DNA of 64,000 nt from Eledone cirrhosa (taxonomy: Eukaryota), in assembly GCA_964016885.1 (NCBI GenBank), contig OZ024759.1, positions 25,854,001 through 25,918,000 on the forward strand, read 5' to 3'. Both the position numbers and the translations under genes were made by a program. The stretch's first letter is position 1. The number at the start of each line of letters is the position of its first letter. The notes under the pieces were generated by a model that ran no database searches, was not told the DNA's origin, and worked only from the letters and a program-made list of their open reading frames with translations. Positions 1 to 16,420 of the stretch are shown in pieces.

Positions 1-533
1 ACTACCACCACCACCACACCCTATACCACAACTACCACCACCATCACCACACAGTATACCACCACCACACACTACGCTAAGTTTTAAAGGGAAATCAGGA
101 AGATGCTTCCAATATGATCCCTACATTAAGTAAGAACCCACCTCCACCTCACGCTACTCCACAACTATGACCCACCCCACACACATTAACCCCACCCCCA
201 CTGTTCTTGTGTTACCTACCACACAAATACATCTAGACGACATTCCTTGTACGCTGCTGCTGATGTTGATGATGATATAGTTATAGTGCTGATGTAGATG
301 GTGATGATGATGGTATAGTTAGTCTTGATGGTAGTGGTGATTATTGTGGTTGTTTTGTTCTGTCTATCTATCCTTCTCTCTCTCTGTCTCCCCCTCTCTC
401 TCTCTCTCTCTCTCTCTCTTTATATATATATATATGTTTATATATATATATTTGAATTTGTGCAGTCAGCTTTCAAACTGGCCTATTTGTACGTATTAAT
501 ATATACATCCTAGCTGCTTAAACATATACATAA

Positions 534-588
<55 letters not shown>

Positions 589-1109
589 CACACAAAAACT
601 TGTATCTACTGCCGTACATATGTAGATTAAGTATTAGAACGACAGGCATTCTCACATACACACATATACACATGGACGCTTTCTCGCACACACATAAGCA
701 CACACCGAAGTACATACACACACCCACACACACACACACGCGCACACGCACACATGCACGCGCACACACACATACACACACACACACACACACACCTATG
801 TATATACACAAATACACACGCCACTGATCCATGTGAATTCATGCAAACTTTACATGCAACAATTCAGAACAAAGATTTTAAATTAAGAACGAAAGAGAAA
901 GAAAGAAAGAAAGAAAGAAGGATAGTAGATAATAATGGGGGAGGGGGGCTGAAATAAAGACGCAATGGAATGGTAATTTGTAAGTTAATATCAGATCTTC
1001 AAGAGAACTCACATTACAAGTGTCTCCAAGGAATTGTGAACAACCATTTATCTTTTGAATAACGTTTTGTGAAATTATGTTGACATTTCGTTCAAACTAA
1101 GATGTACGG

Positions 1110-1620
1110 AGTTTCATTGGTGGAGCTGGTGGTTGTTGTTGTAGTGGTGGTGGAGTTGGTGGTGGAGTTTCATTGGTGGTGGTTGTTGTTGTTGTGGTGG
1201 TGGTGGTGGAGTTTCTTTGGTGTTGGTGGTGGTGTTGGTGCAGGAATTTCATTGATGGTGATGGTGGTTGTGTTGGTGGTAGAGTTTCATTGGTGGAGCT
1301 GTTGGTTTTGTGGCGGTGGTGGTGGTGGAGGAGTATCATTGGTGAAGGTGGTAGTGGTTGTGGCGGTGGTGTTGGTGCAGGGATTTCATTGATGGTGATC
1401 GTGGTGGTGATGGTGGTTGTGGTGGTGGTGGTGGTGGTGGTGTTGGTTGTGGTGGTGGTGCTGGAGATTCATTGTTGGAGATGGTGATGTTTGTTGGAGT
1501 ATTGGTGGTGGTGTTGGTGTTGGAGTATCATTGGTGGAGGTGGTGGTGTTAGTGGTGCTTGTTGTGGTATTGGTGGTGGGGTTTTATTTGTGGTGGTGGT
1601 GGTGGTGGTTGTTTGTGTAG
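1110..1620. repeat. Degenerate (GGT/GTT)n trinucleotide-rich repeat with recurring GAGTTTCATTGG motif
   Basis: Low-complexity GGT/GTT runs interspersed with several copies of ga(g/a)tttcattg. Confidence 0.85.
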
Positions 1621-1721
1621 GTGTAGGTAGGGACGGGATGTTATTTTGCGTTGGTGGAGATAGCAAAAGAAGAGTATAAATGGGTGTTATAAAGAATATA
1701 AGCAGTGTTTATGTTTAACTA

Positions 1722-1888
1722 ACGTCGGACGCCATGCTTTGAAGCATAGAGTTACCTCCCTTTATGATCTGAGTTCAAATCCCGCCGAGGTTCACTTTGC
1801 TTTTTATCCTTACCGGGTCGATAAAATAAAGTACCAGTAATGAACTGAGTAATTGCTGGCCTTGTGCCAATAGTAGAAACAATTATTA
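1722..1888 (+). mobile_element. tRNA-derived SINE (family A), 5'-truncated
   Basis: B-box GAGTTCAAATCCC followed by body ...ctttgc...ggtcgataaaataaagtaccag...gctggccttgtgccaa...gaaacaatta, shared with many other copies in the window. Confidence 0.85.
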
Positions 1889-2430
1889 ACAGTCACTCTC
1901 AGTTCGAGTGTGCTTGTCCACTCAAGAAGAAGAGTTTACTTTACTCACGTGATCAATCAATTACTTTGCCCGAGTTGAGTTGAATAGTGTTGGGACTCCA
2001 GGAAAGTTTAGTGACATTTGCTATTTAAGATCTGTGGTCCTACCTGAGTGAGTGTTTTCACGTATGCCTATTGTTTGAATGATTCATTAAAGTGAAATGA
2101 TTCATTAAAGTGAAATATAAATTAAGGAAAAACTAAGAGATGATCGAATATATAACATGTGTGAGAATATATAATAGTTATATATGTTTAACGTAAATAT
2201 CAATGCTTGGAGATCGCTATTGTTTACGGAAATTAATTTTTAAGGCTACTTGTGGTGACACAAATATAGTAATTTTGAATTGCATAGAACGGTGTCCAGA
2301 ATATGCGTTCACACACATATACATATATAAGGAGCGCTTTAACTTTATGTGTATGAACATAGATAAATGATATATACATATATATACATATATATATATA
2401 TAAACTCACACTCACACACACACATATGTT

Positions 2431-2472
<42 letters not shown>

Positions 2473-2792
2473 TCACACACACATCCATACATACCTATAT
2501 AAGGCAGCGCTTTCATGTTATATGTATGAACATGAATAAATAATGTATACATATATATGTATATACAAATAAAGTCACACACACACATATATAGAGAGAG
2601 ATGTACATATATCATATACACAGATACACGTATATAAATATAATTTCGAGCGTTAAACTAATATATTCCTTCATGTATTGTGTCGTTTGCTTTCTTATTT
2701 CTGTTTACTTTTTACTTATACACATACATACATATATGTATACACACATGTATATATGTACATACATATACACACATGTATATATCTATCTA

Positions 2793-2865
<73 letters not shown>

Positions 2866-3088
2866 TCATGTCTGTAGGTTGAAAATCTACAGAATATCTT
2901 AGAAATATGATGAAATATATACAAAAATATACAAAGTAACACAGAAACAGTTTTAAAGTTCTGTAGGAATCAAGGAAGCAAATTTTGAAATGTGTTTGAC
3001 ATAACAATTTGATTTACCAAATTTTAGTAATTCATATGCATATATACATGCATATACACATATATACATACATACATATATATATATA

Positions 3089-3167
<79 letters not shown>

Positions 3168-3347
3168 ATATATACATATATATATATATATATGTATATA
3201 TATGTATATATATATGTATGTACACACATACACATATATATATATATATGTGTATATATACATATATATATATATATGTATATATATATGTATGTACACA
3301 TACACACACATTAATATATATATATATGTACATATATATATATATAT

Positions 3348-3389
<42 letters not shown>

Positions 3390-3495
3390 ACATATATATG
3401 TATGTATATATGTATATTATGTATAAATATATGTGTGTGTGAATATATTATTATTATGTTCTTTATTCTTACAGTTTTATTTCTATTTCTTACAG

Positions 3496-3541
3496 ACTGT
3501 CTCCCCGACAACTATTGCAGAGAAACTCACCGAATACAATG
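3496..3541 (+). CDS. Candidate 46-nt internal exon of an unidentified host gene
   Basis: Pyrimidine-rich acceptor ttttatttctatttcttacAG and consensus donor G|GTAAGT. All three frames are open (TVSPTTIAEKLTEYN / LSPRQLLQRNSPNTM / CLPDNYCRETHRIQ). No protein family recognised. Confidence 0.45.
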
Positions 3542-3839
3542 GTAAGTAAGCCACAAATTATTATTGTTAATATTATTATTATTATCATTATTATTCCTAT
3601 TCTTATGAACATGATGATCATCTATCAGGTGCATTCCTCCTGATATCGAAATGCACCATTCCACTAACTATATATGCCAAATGTCAACATATAACCATAC
3701 ATACATCATCTCTACATAATATATATATATATATATATATATATGATATATATGTGTATATGATATGATATATATATGATATATATACATATATATATAT
3801 ATCTATATATATATATATATTATACATATATATGTGTAC

Positions 3840-3894
<55 letters not shown>

Positions 3895-4148
3895 TTGTGT
3901 GTGTATATACATATATACACAATGATTTAACGAATGCCTCTCCCGCCGTGTTATTTTCTTGTGACACTTGGAACCACAATGGCGAAAAAACATTGACAGA
4001 TTTTTTTTGAATTCTGCGCTTTGTTCATCTTGAAATTCCTACTGTTTTTGATATTTATATATACTGATATCTATATCTATACATGTAGAACCACCCCACC
4101 ATATATATATATATGCATACTACCAACATGTATGTATGTATACATGTA

Positions 4149-4218
<70 letters not shown>

Positions 4219-4819
4219 CATTATATATATATATGTATATATGTGTATATATATATATGTGTATATATATATATGAGTATGTGTAGGCGAATATATGTAT
4301 TTATATATATATATATAATTATTTTACCTTTCCATTATTAAAAGTTTCAAGCTATGCCGTCTTGAAATTTCAAATCGCAGTAGTAGTAGTAGTATTTGTA
4401 TTTGTAATAGAAGTAGTATTTCTACTAGTAGTAGTAGTCGTAATATTACAGATACTGATGTTGATACAGCTGTCTTTGAGAGACGATGATGTCACTTCAT
4501 ATGTTTTATCATCTCACTTTTAAGAAATATCATTCAAGTTCCACTTTCACTTTTAGAACATCAGGCATATATATATGTATATATATATATATACACTCTT
4601 TTAATAATGTCTTCCTTGTGAAATTTGTGGTCTTGTTTTGCTTAACTAATGAATATTTCCAGCTCTGCGCACCTAACTTCTGCATGAACCCAGCCACCTA
4701 GCTGCTTTCTACTGCATATTGCACATTGAGCACATGCCTTTACGCTTTGGCTTCTAACTAATTCACCAATCTCTCCTCTCCTATCTCCATCTTTCTCTTT
4801 AAGATTGGTTACTCTTGAA

Positions 4820-4870
<51 letters not shown>

Positions 4871-5099
4871 CATACGCATGCACACAAACACACATACACT
4901 CACAATTACACCCATATATGTATATATGTATGCATGTGTGTATATATGTGTGTTTATAACAGGGAAGCACAAAGAATTATTAGAATTAGACACAATTATA
5001 TACGTTAAAACGTATATCTGTGATTATATATATTTAAAGTAACTCTGAACATAAAGGGTCGTAACTCTATGCTAACAACAACAATAATAATATCGATAA

Positions 5100-5280
5100 T
5101 AATTGTCTCTATTTTGGGCACAAGGCCAGCAATTAACCAGTGCATTAGTGGTACTTTATTTTATCGACCCCGTAAGGATGAAAGGCAAAGTTAACCTCGG
5201 TGGGATTTGAACTCAGAATGGCAAGGGCGGTAACTCTATGAGTCAAAGCATGGCGTCCGATCCTCCACCGATACTGCCAA
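5100..5280 (-). mobile_element. tRNA-derived SINE (family A), near full length
   Basis: Reverse complement has head ttggcagtatcggtggagg..., B-box gagttcaaatccc, and the family body and tail. Confidence 0.9.
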
Positions 5281-5625
5281 TAATATGAAGCATCTATATA
5301 TTATATTATATTCGACGGGATTTGATCCCAGAACGTTCTGACTCGGAGCTGAATGTGGAATGCTATTTAGTACAACTCGCTACCGTCTTTGCTAACAACT
5401 GTACAACAATAACGATATAAATTCGAAAACCTAACAATAAAGATAGAAATAATAGAAATGTTAAACAATGATGTAAAAACAAAACAAAATTATAAACAAA
5501 ATCAACATAAGTAAAATATACAAAAAGAAAAACTTCTGTCTTTTACTTTCGCTTTGTCTCTGCCTCTCTTGCGCATTCTCGGTCACTCCCGGGCTCTCAG
5601 CTTCACCCTATGACTGCTTCTATGT

Positions 5626-5671
<46 letters not shown>

Positions 5672-6446
5672 GTCCCTGGCCTGGCAGTGCTACCGAGGGG
5701 CTTTACCCGTTCGAGAAAGGCTCTACAGACACGGGCGCCCGGGTAGGGACCCCGCCAAAAAGATCTGTCCCAGATGCGTGTGCGACGAGGAAACCGTTGC
5801 ACACGCATTGGTACACTGCTCGGGCGTAGCCGATCTGTGGGGCTATGTCTAACAACTGCTGTCAAGGGTGGGACCGATCCGGTTGACCACCGAGTCTATT
5901 GTAATGATCAAGCCGCCTACCCCCTTCAAAGATGAAGCAGAGGCGGTGTTTCTGTGCGTAATAGCCATGGCGAAAGAGGTTGTATGGTGGACGCGTCTGA
6001 AAGGACTGAGGTCAGGCACCTTTCTCTCTGGCCAACAACTGGTCCGTTTCTTCCGATATCATTTCGGAAGAAGGATCAGGATGGAGAGAGAGGTGCTGCA
6101 CCCCAGCCGTTTCTATGAAAGATGGGTGAAAGTGGCGAGAATGGCCCGTGTGAATGGGCCTTCACTCTACATCAGACTATAGGTGAGGAAGATGAAAGAC
6201 CAAGGGAGCACCCCTTCTCTGTGCTCCTGAGGAGAAGGGTTGCACACTTTTTTCGGGGGTGTGTGCGACCCCCCAAGGCGCCTCCTCTCTATTGAGGATT
6301 TTGTTAAAAATTTTATTTTTTGTTATATCTTATTTTATTTTTATATTTTGTTATTGCCTCCTCCTTATTGAGGACGCCTTTTTGTGTAAACTCCCCCCTT
6401 TGTACTTGTCCCACTTTTGATGCCCTAGTGGCAAATAAAAGAAACA
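5672..6446 (+). mobile_element. 5'-truncated Tx1/L1-clade LINE 3' end (ORF2 C-terminal zinc-binding region plus 3' UTR) within (ATCT)n
   Basis: LAWQCYRGALPVRERL...CPRC...ETVAHALVHC resembles zf-RVT. The same frame continues past one stop (5850-5852) to 6182. T-rich 3' UTR ends AATAAAAGAAAC, with (TATC)n on both flanks. Confidence 0.8.
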
Positions 6447-6517
<71 letters not shown>

Positions 6518-6657
6518 AGAGAGAGAGAGAGATAGGCAGACAGATATATATATATATATATACATGTCTGTCTGTCGGCTTGCTTGCCTGTCTCTCTGTC
6601 TGTCTATGTATATTTTATCCATCTATCTATCTCCTCTCTCTCTCTCACATACACACT

Positions 6658-7077
<420 letters not shown>

Positions 7078-7332
7078 GGTAATGTAAATGTATATCGAAG
7101 TGGTAATTCGCTAAATACTTTTGATAGTGGCATCGAATCGGATCTGAATTTCTCTTCTAAAGTAGCTTTATTACTTTGTTATTATGAACATCTAAAATGT
7201 GAGGTTTTCTTCTTCCTTAGCTGTCGTGTGTGTCTCCCTCCCGCCATCCCATCCCCTCACTCTCTTTTTCTCTCTTTTTCTCTCTTTGATTCGTCTTATA
7301 TAATGTGTCTTTCCACGGCAGCGACACAAAGA

Positions 7333-7465
<133 letters not shown>

Positions 7466-7476
7466 TTATATATGGT

Positions 7477-7566
7477 TTTCAGTAGTTATTTACATTTGTT
7501 TCATTATATACGTATGTATGTATGTAAGTATATATATAATGAAACAAATGTAAATAACTACTGAAA
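7477..7566. repeat. Inverted repeat with 34-bp perfect arms and a microsatellite-like loop
   Basis: tttcagtagttatttacatttgtttcattatata (7477-7510) pairs with tatataatgaaacaaatgtaaataactactgaaa (7533-7566). Confidence 0.9.
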
Positions 7567-7757
7567 GCCTCACTCTGATTTGTTGAGGTAAAAACCCTTT
7601 GAAAATGGCTGGAAAACGAACCCTTTTCTTTGCAAGTCCCGAAGTATTACCCACTTTATACTGCCGCCGCACCCGCGCGGTAGTATTCGATGCTTGTGTA
7701 TATATATCTATATATACATACACAAAATACGCACAACGCATATTCATATATACAAAC

Positions 7758-7844
<87 letters not shown>

Positions 7845-8646
7845 TATATATATATGTGTGTGTGTGTGAGTGTGTAGTGTTGCTATATAGTGTGTATAGT
7901 TGTGATCTGAACTAAAAACTGCAGGGCATTCCAATTACTGAAAACTTTCCTTCTGATAACAAGTAATAGGCTTACACGCTCAACGGGCGAGATCCATTAA
8001 AAATATTTGCACAGTCCACAGATTTTGAAAAGCACAAGATGGCGGCTGAGCTGCGAGAACGATCAAGAGACAACGAGATTGAAAGAGAAACGACAGCAAG
8101 ATTGAAAGAAAGAGAGGCAGCGAGATTGAAAGAGAGATAGCAAGATTGAATGAGTGAGAAAGAAAGAGAGAGAGAGAGATAGATAGATAGATAGATAGAT
8201 CGATAGATATAAAAAGTGGGAGGGAGAGAGAGAAAGAGAGAGAGTGAAGGAGCGACAGAGCAACAGAGAGTGATAGGTCTCATAAGAGACGTTCGTATGC
8301 GTTGTAAACTGCAGATAGTATGTGGAAGTGACAATCATGCTATTACTTACAGCTCGTAAGTTCAGCAACGAGGAGAAGATTGACGTTTTCCTTGCTCTCT
8401 CTCTACTAAATGATAAATTGAAAATAAGCAGCATTATATTTCTGAAGACAAAACTATTAATATATTGAAGATTTTTATTTCTGAAACTTTAAGAAGACGT
8501 TTCTGATGATTATTACGAATAATTCCCTCTGCCATTCATTCTTTTCATTATTACTTTCTTTCCCTTTCCCTGTCTCTCTCTATCACCCTCTGCTTTTCAC
8601 TGCTGCTGTCTATTATACTCTCATATACTCTCTGTTTCTTGTATTC

Positions 8647-8698
<52 letters not shown>

Positions 8699-8797
8699 TA
8701 TACATACCCACATACGCATGCACACGCACATATATATACACAGACATACATATATATATGTATATATATATACATATATATATATATAGACATACAT

Positions 8798-8828
<31 letters not shown>

Positions 8829-9004
8829 GACATATATATATAGACAGACATATATATATATATATAAATAGACATATATATATAGAGAGAGAGACATACA
8901 TATATATATAGACATATATATGCATATATATATATATACATATATATGCATATATATATTTATGTATATGTAAATGCATTTATGTATATATATATGTATG
9001 TATG

Positions 9005-9102
<98 letters not shown>

Positions 9103-9638
9103 TTATAATATGAATATATGTGTCCATCGTATCCGTTGTACAGTGCAATAACACGCTGACATTGTTATCTGAAAAGGTGTTGGTGAGAAAAAGGTGTGCG
9201 ATGTGTTTTTAATATGTTTAATAAAGTCAACGGCGGCCATACTGTTTAGCTCTAAATGTCTTCAGAAATCTTGGTTTAACTGACAGAGAGAGGGCACTAG
9301 TTGTTGAGAGTGAGGGGTTAACTAATATAGTGGGGGAGAGAAAGGAAGGGAGAGATGGATAGAGAAAAAAAACGAGGGAGAAGGAGAGTGAGATGGATAG
9401 AAATGAAGACTGACGAAGAGAAAGTTACGATGTATTTTAATATAGTTAGTAATGTTAAGGCATATGTTGTACAGCTTTAAATGTCTGCGTCGTCTCAGGG
9501 AGATTGTGAAGCAAAGATAGACTGAGGAAGATAAAATATGGCAGCTGAAGGAGGTATATATATATATATACACATATATATATATATATACGCATATATA
9601 GATAAATTAATGTGTCCATGTACTCCTATATATGTACA

Positions 9639-9673
<35 letters not shown>

Positions 9674-9829
9674 CTGCATATATATATATATAATTATATG
9701 TTTATGTATATATATATATATAAATTTGTATCTATCTATCTTTTCATTTATCTATCTACCTATCAATCTATTTATCTCTCTTTCTCTCTCTCTCTATATA
9801 TATATATTTACATTTATATATATATATGA

Positions 9830-9908
<79 letters not shown>

Positions 9909-10329
9909 CCATGCTACAATCTCACGACCAACCACTGACACCCCTGCTCATCCTAACATCTACTTCTACCTTTCACCCTCACCGTAACACACTACTCCGC
10001 CCACAAAAACACAAAAGTTATTTCGTACCCCATAAAACCGAAAATGTACACCCCACCTCACCCTACCTATCACTTTCCCCTCCCCTTTCTTAAGTGTTAT
10101 TTTCCATCCTTCTGTCTATTATTCACTGTACACACCTCCTTCCCTCTCTCTCCCTTCCCTCCCCTCTCCTTCTCTCTCTCTTCCCCTCTATTTCTCCTCT
10201 TTCTCCCTGTCCTTCGCTTTCTCCTTCTCTTACTCTCCTCTCTCTGTTCCTTACCTCTACATTAGCCGTGGAGTAACACAACTAGAAATAACTCAGAAAT
10301 ATTATTCAAATTAGAATAACTACAAGACA

Positions 10330-10880
10330 ACCACACTACACCACACCACATTGCATCACTGTATACCATACTTTACCACACCACACTACACTAAACCCAC
10401 ATACACTACACTACACCACACCACATTGCATCACTATATACCATACTATATACCACACCACACTACACCAAACACAAACACTACACTACACCACATTGCA
10501 TCACTGAATACCATACTATATACCACACCACACTACACCAAACCCACATACACTACACTACACTACACCACACCACACTACACCATATCACACCACCATA
10601 TATCATACCATACTATATCATACATACTATACTGCACTACACTACACCACACCACACCATATAACACCACTCTACACCACCATAAACCATACCATACTAC
10701 ATAACACGACGCCTCACCATATCACACCACTCCACATCACTCCACATCACACCACGGTATACCACACCATACTATACTACACCACACCACGCCACATCAC
10801 AGTATACTATACTACACCATATCACACTACACCACACCACACCACTGTATACCACACGTCACCACACCACACCACACCGT
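10330..10880. repeat. Degenerate (ACACC/ACACT)n pentanucleotide repeat
   Basis: Recurrent accacactac/accacaccac units. Confidence 0.85.
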
Positions 10881-11113
10881 TCAACAGAACACTAATAGTC
10901 ACCCGTGTACCTCCTCCGCTTTATTAAAACGTAAATAATTGTTGTGGTTGACGCTGTGAGGCAGAAAAAAAATGGCGTTTTGCTTTGCTGGGAGAACGCT
11001 ATTTTTTCAATGTCTGTGAAAGTTTGGAATATATCAATAGGACATTATTATGTTTGGGCAGCAGAGCAGCAAAAGGGAATGGAGATTGGGGGAAAACAAA
11101 AACGTAAAAACAC

Positions 11114-11193
<80 letters not shown>

Positions 11194-11203
11194 ATATATA
11201 TGC

Positions 11204-11334
<131 letters not shown>

Positions 11335-11792
11335 TGTATGTATGTATGTATGTATAAACCAAAATAAAATATAATAAAATAAAAATGAGAGGGCAGTGCT
11401 AGTGTTCAAAGATGATGTTCTCTTTATTAGCTAGCAGAACAGATAAAGACAGCAAAAAGCAACACCTACCAAATCATCGCTTTTGTTTTTACGAGAAAAC
11501 AACAGCGGTGTATGATGGCAACAAAATGGGCGAATTTCACGTTATGAAGGCTTGGGAAAGGGTGGTAAAGAAATATATATATACTCACAGTTATACATAT
11601 GCGTAACGAACAAATTATTTTTGTTCTTTTTGTTTTGTTGGCCATGTTAGTTAGGTTTTGATATTTATCATTGTTTTTGTTATTTTTACTGATTCTTTTT
11701 TTTTTTTTTTAGTATTTTTTGAAAGTGTTTGATACTAAAATGTTTTTCTTTCTTTCTTTTGTTGTTGTTTTTAAACTTGGCTCGCTCTTATG

Positions 11793-11840
<48 letters not shown>

Positions 11841-12042
11841 GTTATTGTTATTATTATTATTATTATTATTATTGTTACTATTATTATGATTATTGTCGTT
11901 AGTGTTGTCGTTGTTGTTGTTGTTGTTGTTCTAGGTAATATAATGTTGTAAGACATATACAATGCTCAAATGCATATCCGTGAAACATGTACGCATGGAA
12001 CCATGGAAAATGACGCACATATACACACAAGTTGAACACATA

Positions 12043-12130
<88 letters not shown>

Positions 12131-12144
12131 TATATACACATGTA

Positions 12145-12176
<32 letters not shown>

Positions 12177-12591
12177 CATAAACATACATACATAAAGATA
12201 CACATACACATAATACACATAATATATGTATATATATACAAACACACGTACACATAATATATGTAAATATATATATATATATACAAACACACTTACACAT
12301 AATATATGTATATATATATATATATATAGACATACACATACGATGGTATGTTATATATTTCAAGCGTGAACACAAAAAAGGTTATTGCCGCCATCATGTT
12401 ATGGCTTTTTATAGCCAGAATCTGGTAAATAAGAGAAAACTGTAGCATATGAGAATATAGCGAGATATCTACGGTTTTAACAGCCATTTACGAAGCTATA
12501 TGTTATCTAGAATTATATGTACATTTCTAAATATCTCTAGACATACACACAGACGTATACATGTATATATATATACCCGCAGACTCACAGC

Positions 12592-12648
<57 letters not shown>

Positions 12649-12663
12649 TTGTGTGTGTATATA

Positions 12664-12769
<106 letters not shown>

Positions 12770-12874
12770 TATATATATATATATGTACATATATATATAC
12801 ATATATATATAGATAGATAATATATATATAATATATATTTATATACACATATAATATATATATATATATATAAT

Positions 12875-12983
<109 letters not shown>

Positions 12984-13236
12984 TATGTATGATGGATATT
13001 TAAGTGGATACACATGTTGAGGCCTAGTTAATTGAATAAGCTTGCCGCTTACTATTAATCATGGATACACGATTATTTTTTTTCCATGTGTGTGTTTGTG
13101 TGTATGTGTGTCTGTATGTGTGTGTGTGTGTGTGTATGTGTTTCTGGTGTGTGTGACGTATAATAGCAATACATCATGAACTCAAATGAGTATAGGCAGA
13201 GACAAACACGTGTGAGTGTATGTATATATATATATG

Positions 13237-13279
<43 letters not shown>

Positions 13280-13314
13280 GTAATTATATATATATATATG
13301 TATATATATGTAAT

Positions 13315-13345
<31 letters not shown>

Positions 13346-13547
13346 GTATATATATATGTAATTATATATATATATGTATATATATATATGTATATATGTA
13401 ATTATATATATATATGTATATACATATAAATTTATATATATATATATATTTATAAATATAAATGTATATATATATACAATATGTATATGTATATATATAT
13501 TAATATATATGTATATATATATATATATATATATTAATATATATCTA

Positions 13548-13608
<61 letters not shown>

Positions 13609-13662
13609 CTCTCTCTATATATATATGTGTATATAAGTCCACACATACACACACGCATATAT

Positions 13663-13730
<68 letters not shown>

Positions 13731-14001
13731 ACATGGATATGTGATATATGTATTAGGATGTTTTTAAAAATCATTCATATATATCAATGAAATTGAATTA
13801 ATTCTTGGTTCATTTATGGTTGAACTTCAAAAAAGCAACAACCCACCATCAGAACAGAAACACAAAAAATGAATATTTTTATATTGAAAAAATCGTAGTA
13901 AACATGGCGTATGCTATACAAATGACATAGCTTAAAAAGTGTCAGTGCTTAGGAGAAATCTTTATTACAAACACACACACGCACGCACACACGCACGCAC
14001 G

Positions 14002-14072
<71 letters not shown>

Positions 14073-14073
<1 letters not shown>

Positions 14074-14186
14074 GTGCAAATATAGGATTTACATATATAT
14101 ATCGTGCAAATATAGGATTTATATATATATATATATAGTGCAAATATAGGATATATATATATATATATATATAGTGAAAATATAGG

Positions 14187-14250
<64 letters not shown>

Positions 14251-14267
14251 TATAGTGCAGATATAGG

Positions 14268-14271
<4 letters not shown>
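14073..14271. repeat. Five copies of GTGCAAATATAGGATTT separated by variable-length (TA)n
   Basis: Units at approximately 14074, 14104, 14138, 14173 and 14255. Confidence 0.85.
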
Positions 14272-14307
<36 letters not shown>

Positions 14308-15154
14308 ATGTATGTATATGAATTTGTTTTAAAATATTTTAACACAAGCTCTTCTTTCATCTGTATATATTACTTGACGTGATGTTTTATGGATATCTGC
14401 TAGTGTATTCGGTCGATGTTAAGAATTATATGGAACCAATCATAGGTATTTTGATTTTTTTATCATTATGCATAGATTTTCCCATGAATCTATGAAATTA
14501 CGAATCTATGAATCTTGGAAATGACGGCCATGTTTAAGATTATATACGATGTTTTTTTTCAAACTATTAAATAGTCGTAGTTATTTAAACTCGAATCAGA
14601 TCTGATCCAGCAGATCTATGATCAACTATTTTGAAGCTTTGATCAGCAATTTTATTTGTGTACTTCAGTACACTTCTAACAAATTTTACACTTTACAATG
14701 TGTTTACTTTAATAGGGCAATGTGTCATTCAAAAACAAACATAGCACCTACGACAAGGAATGCCTTAGGAATGGCAGTATGTAGGAAGGGAGAAATAAAA
14801 TAATCGTTGTAGCAAGTGATATGAAATACAACTTTGTAGCATGAAATAAACAGTGCCTCGCTTAGTGGGTTATTGTGAAGAATTTCAAAAATTCTAAAGT
14901 TATAATTTTGACGAGTATTTACTTCCATTAAGGTAAATGTGCGTCTTTGTATGAATAAGTAAGTTGACATGCATACCTATATATATATATAAATCAACTA
15001 ATACCTTAACACTTCAAACAAAGTAAAACATTTCGTTTTAATCATTTTCTAACCCAGAAAAAAGTGAGAGGGAAACAAAAAAGGAAAAAAAGATATTTTT
15101 CTTCCTAATAATCGTCTCTTTCTCCCTGTTTTCATATATATATACACACTTAAT

Positions 15155-15222
15155 ACCCTACACCTTCATATATAGACAAATGATGCATAGATAAATATAG
15201 TACATCATATGTATATACAAAA

Positions 15223-15293
<71 letters not shown>

Positions 15294-15297
15294 CATA

Positions 15298-15341
<44 letters not shown>

Positions 15342-15447
15342 CACACACACACTTAATGTGCTATTTCCGACATTTAAAACTACCCTACACCTTAATATAT
15401 AGACAAATGAAGCATACATAAATATAGTACATCATATGTATATACAA

Positions 15448-15448
<1 letters not shown>
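15155..15448. repeat. ~65-bp direct repeat pair separated by (GT)n/(TA)n
   Basis: accctacacctt(c/a)atatatagacaaatga(t/a)gcata...tacatcatatgtatatacaaa at ~15155 and ~15382. Confidence 0.85.
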
Positions 15449-15480
<32 letters not shown>

Positions 15481-15626
15481 GAAATATATATATATACATA
15501 TATATATATATAAACGGGTAGGGCCAGTATATTCATGTGATGATTTATGAGATAACTGGAAAATTGTAGCGAGAGATTTCTAGAGACGTGGTGGGAGTTG
15601 TATATTTATTGTGACTATTTCGGTTT

Positions 15627-15684
<58 letters not shown>

Positions 15685-15692
15685 ATGTATGT

Positions 15693-15737
<45 letters not shown>

Positions 15738-15932
15738 TAATAGCTGTGCCAATTGTATGTCTGTCATATTCACAATACACTGTACCGCCTTACGTTGTAA
15801 ATTTTAATAATTTATTGTCATTCTACAACATTCGCGCTTGATTTTATTTTTTATTTCATTGGAACAAAAATGAGAAGTCGAAGCAAATATGGATGTACGT
15901 ACATATATATATACACACACATACATATATAT

Positions 15933-15976
<44 letters not shown>

Positions 15977-16015
15977 TTGTCTGTGTATATTTGAGTTTAT
16001 ATACCCACACACACA

Positions 16016-16058
<43 letters not shown>

Positions 16059-16131
16059 TTATATATATATATGTATGTATTTATATATATATATGTATGT
16101 ATTTATATATATATGTATTTATATATATATA

Positions 16132-16166
<35 letters not shown>

Positions 16167-16170
16167 TTAG

Positions 16171-16215
<45 letters not shown>

Positions 16216-16368
16216 GTGAAATTTATAGGACGTCAGTAAATGATTAGATTGGGCCGAGAAATTGATTGTCGAATGCTTATTGAAATGTCGACATGTAGTA
16301 GGCTCTGATATGTACAGACACACACATATATATATATACATGTATATATATATACACTCCCCCCCCCC

Positions 16369-16420
<52 letters not shown>

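Noticed and set aside
8503-8525. CTGATGA followed by a small hairpin (similar cases near 40940 and 48683)
   Set aside because: No GAAA, stem III or stem I partner; consistent with chance heptamers.
14073-14271. Repeat-spacer pattern resembling a CRISPR array
   Set aside because: Spacers are just (TA)n, the repeat is only ~17 bp, there are no cas genes, and the context is eukaryotic.
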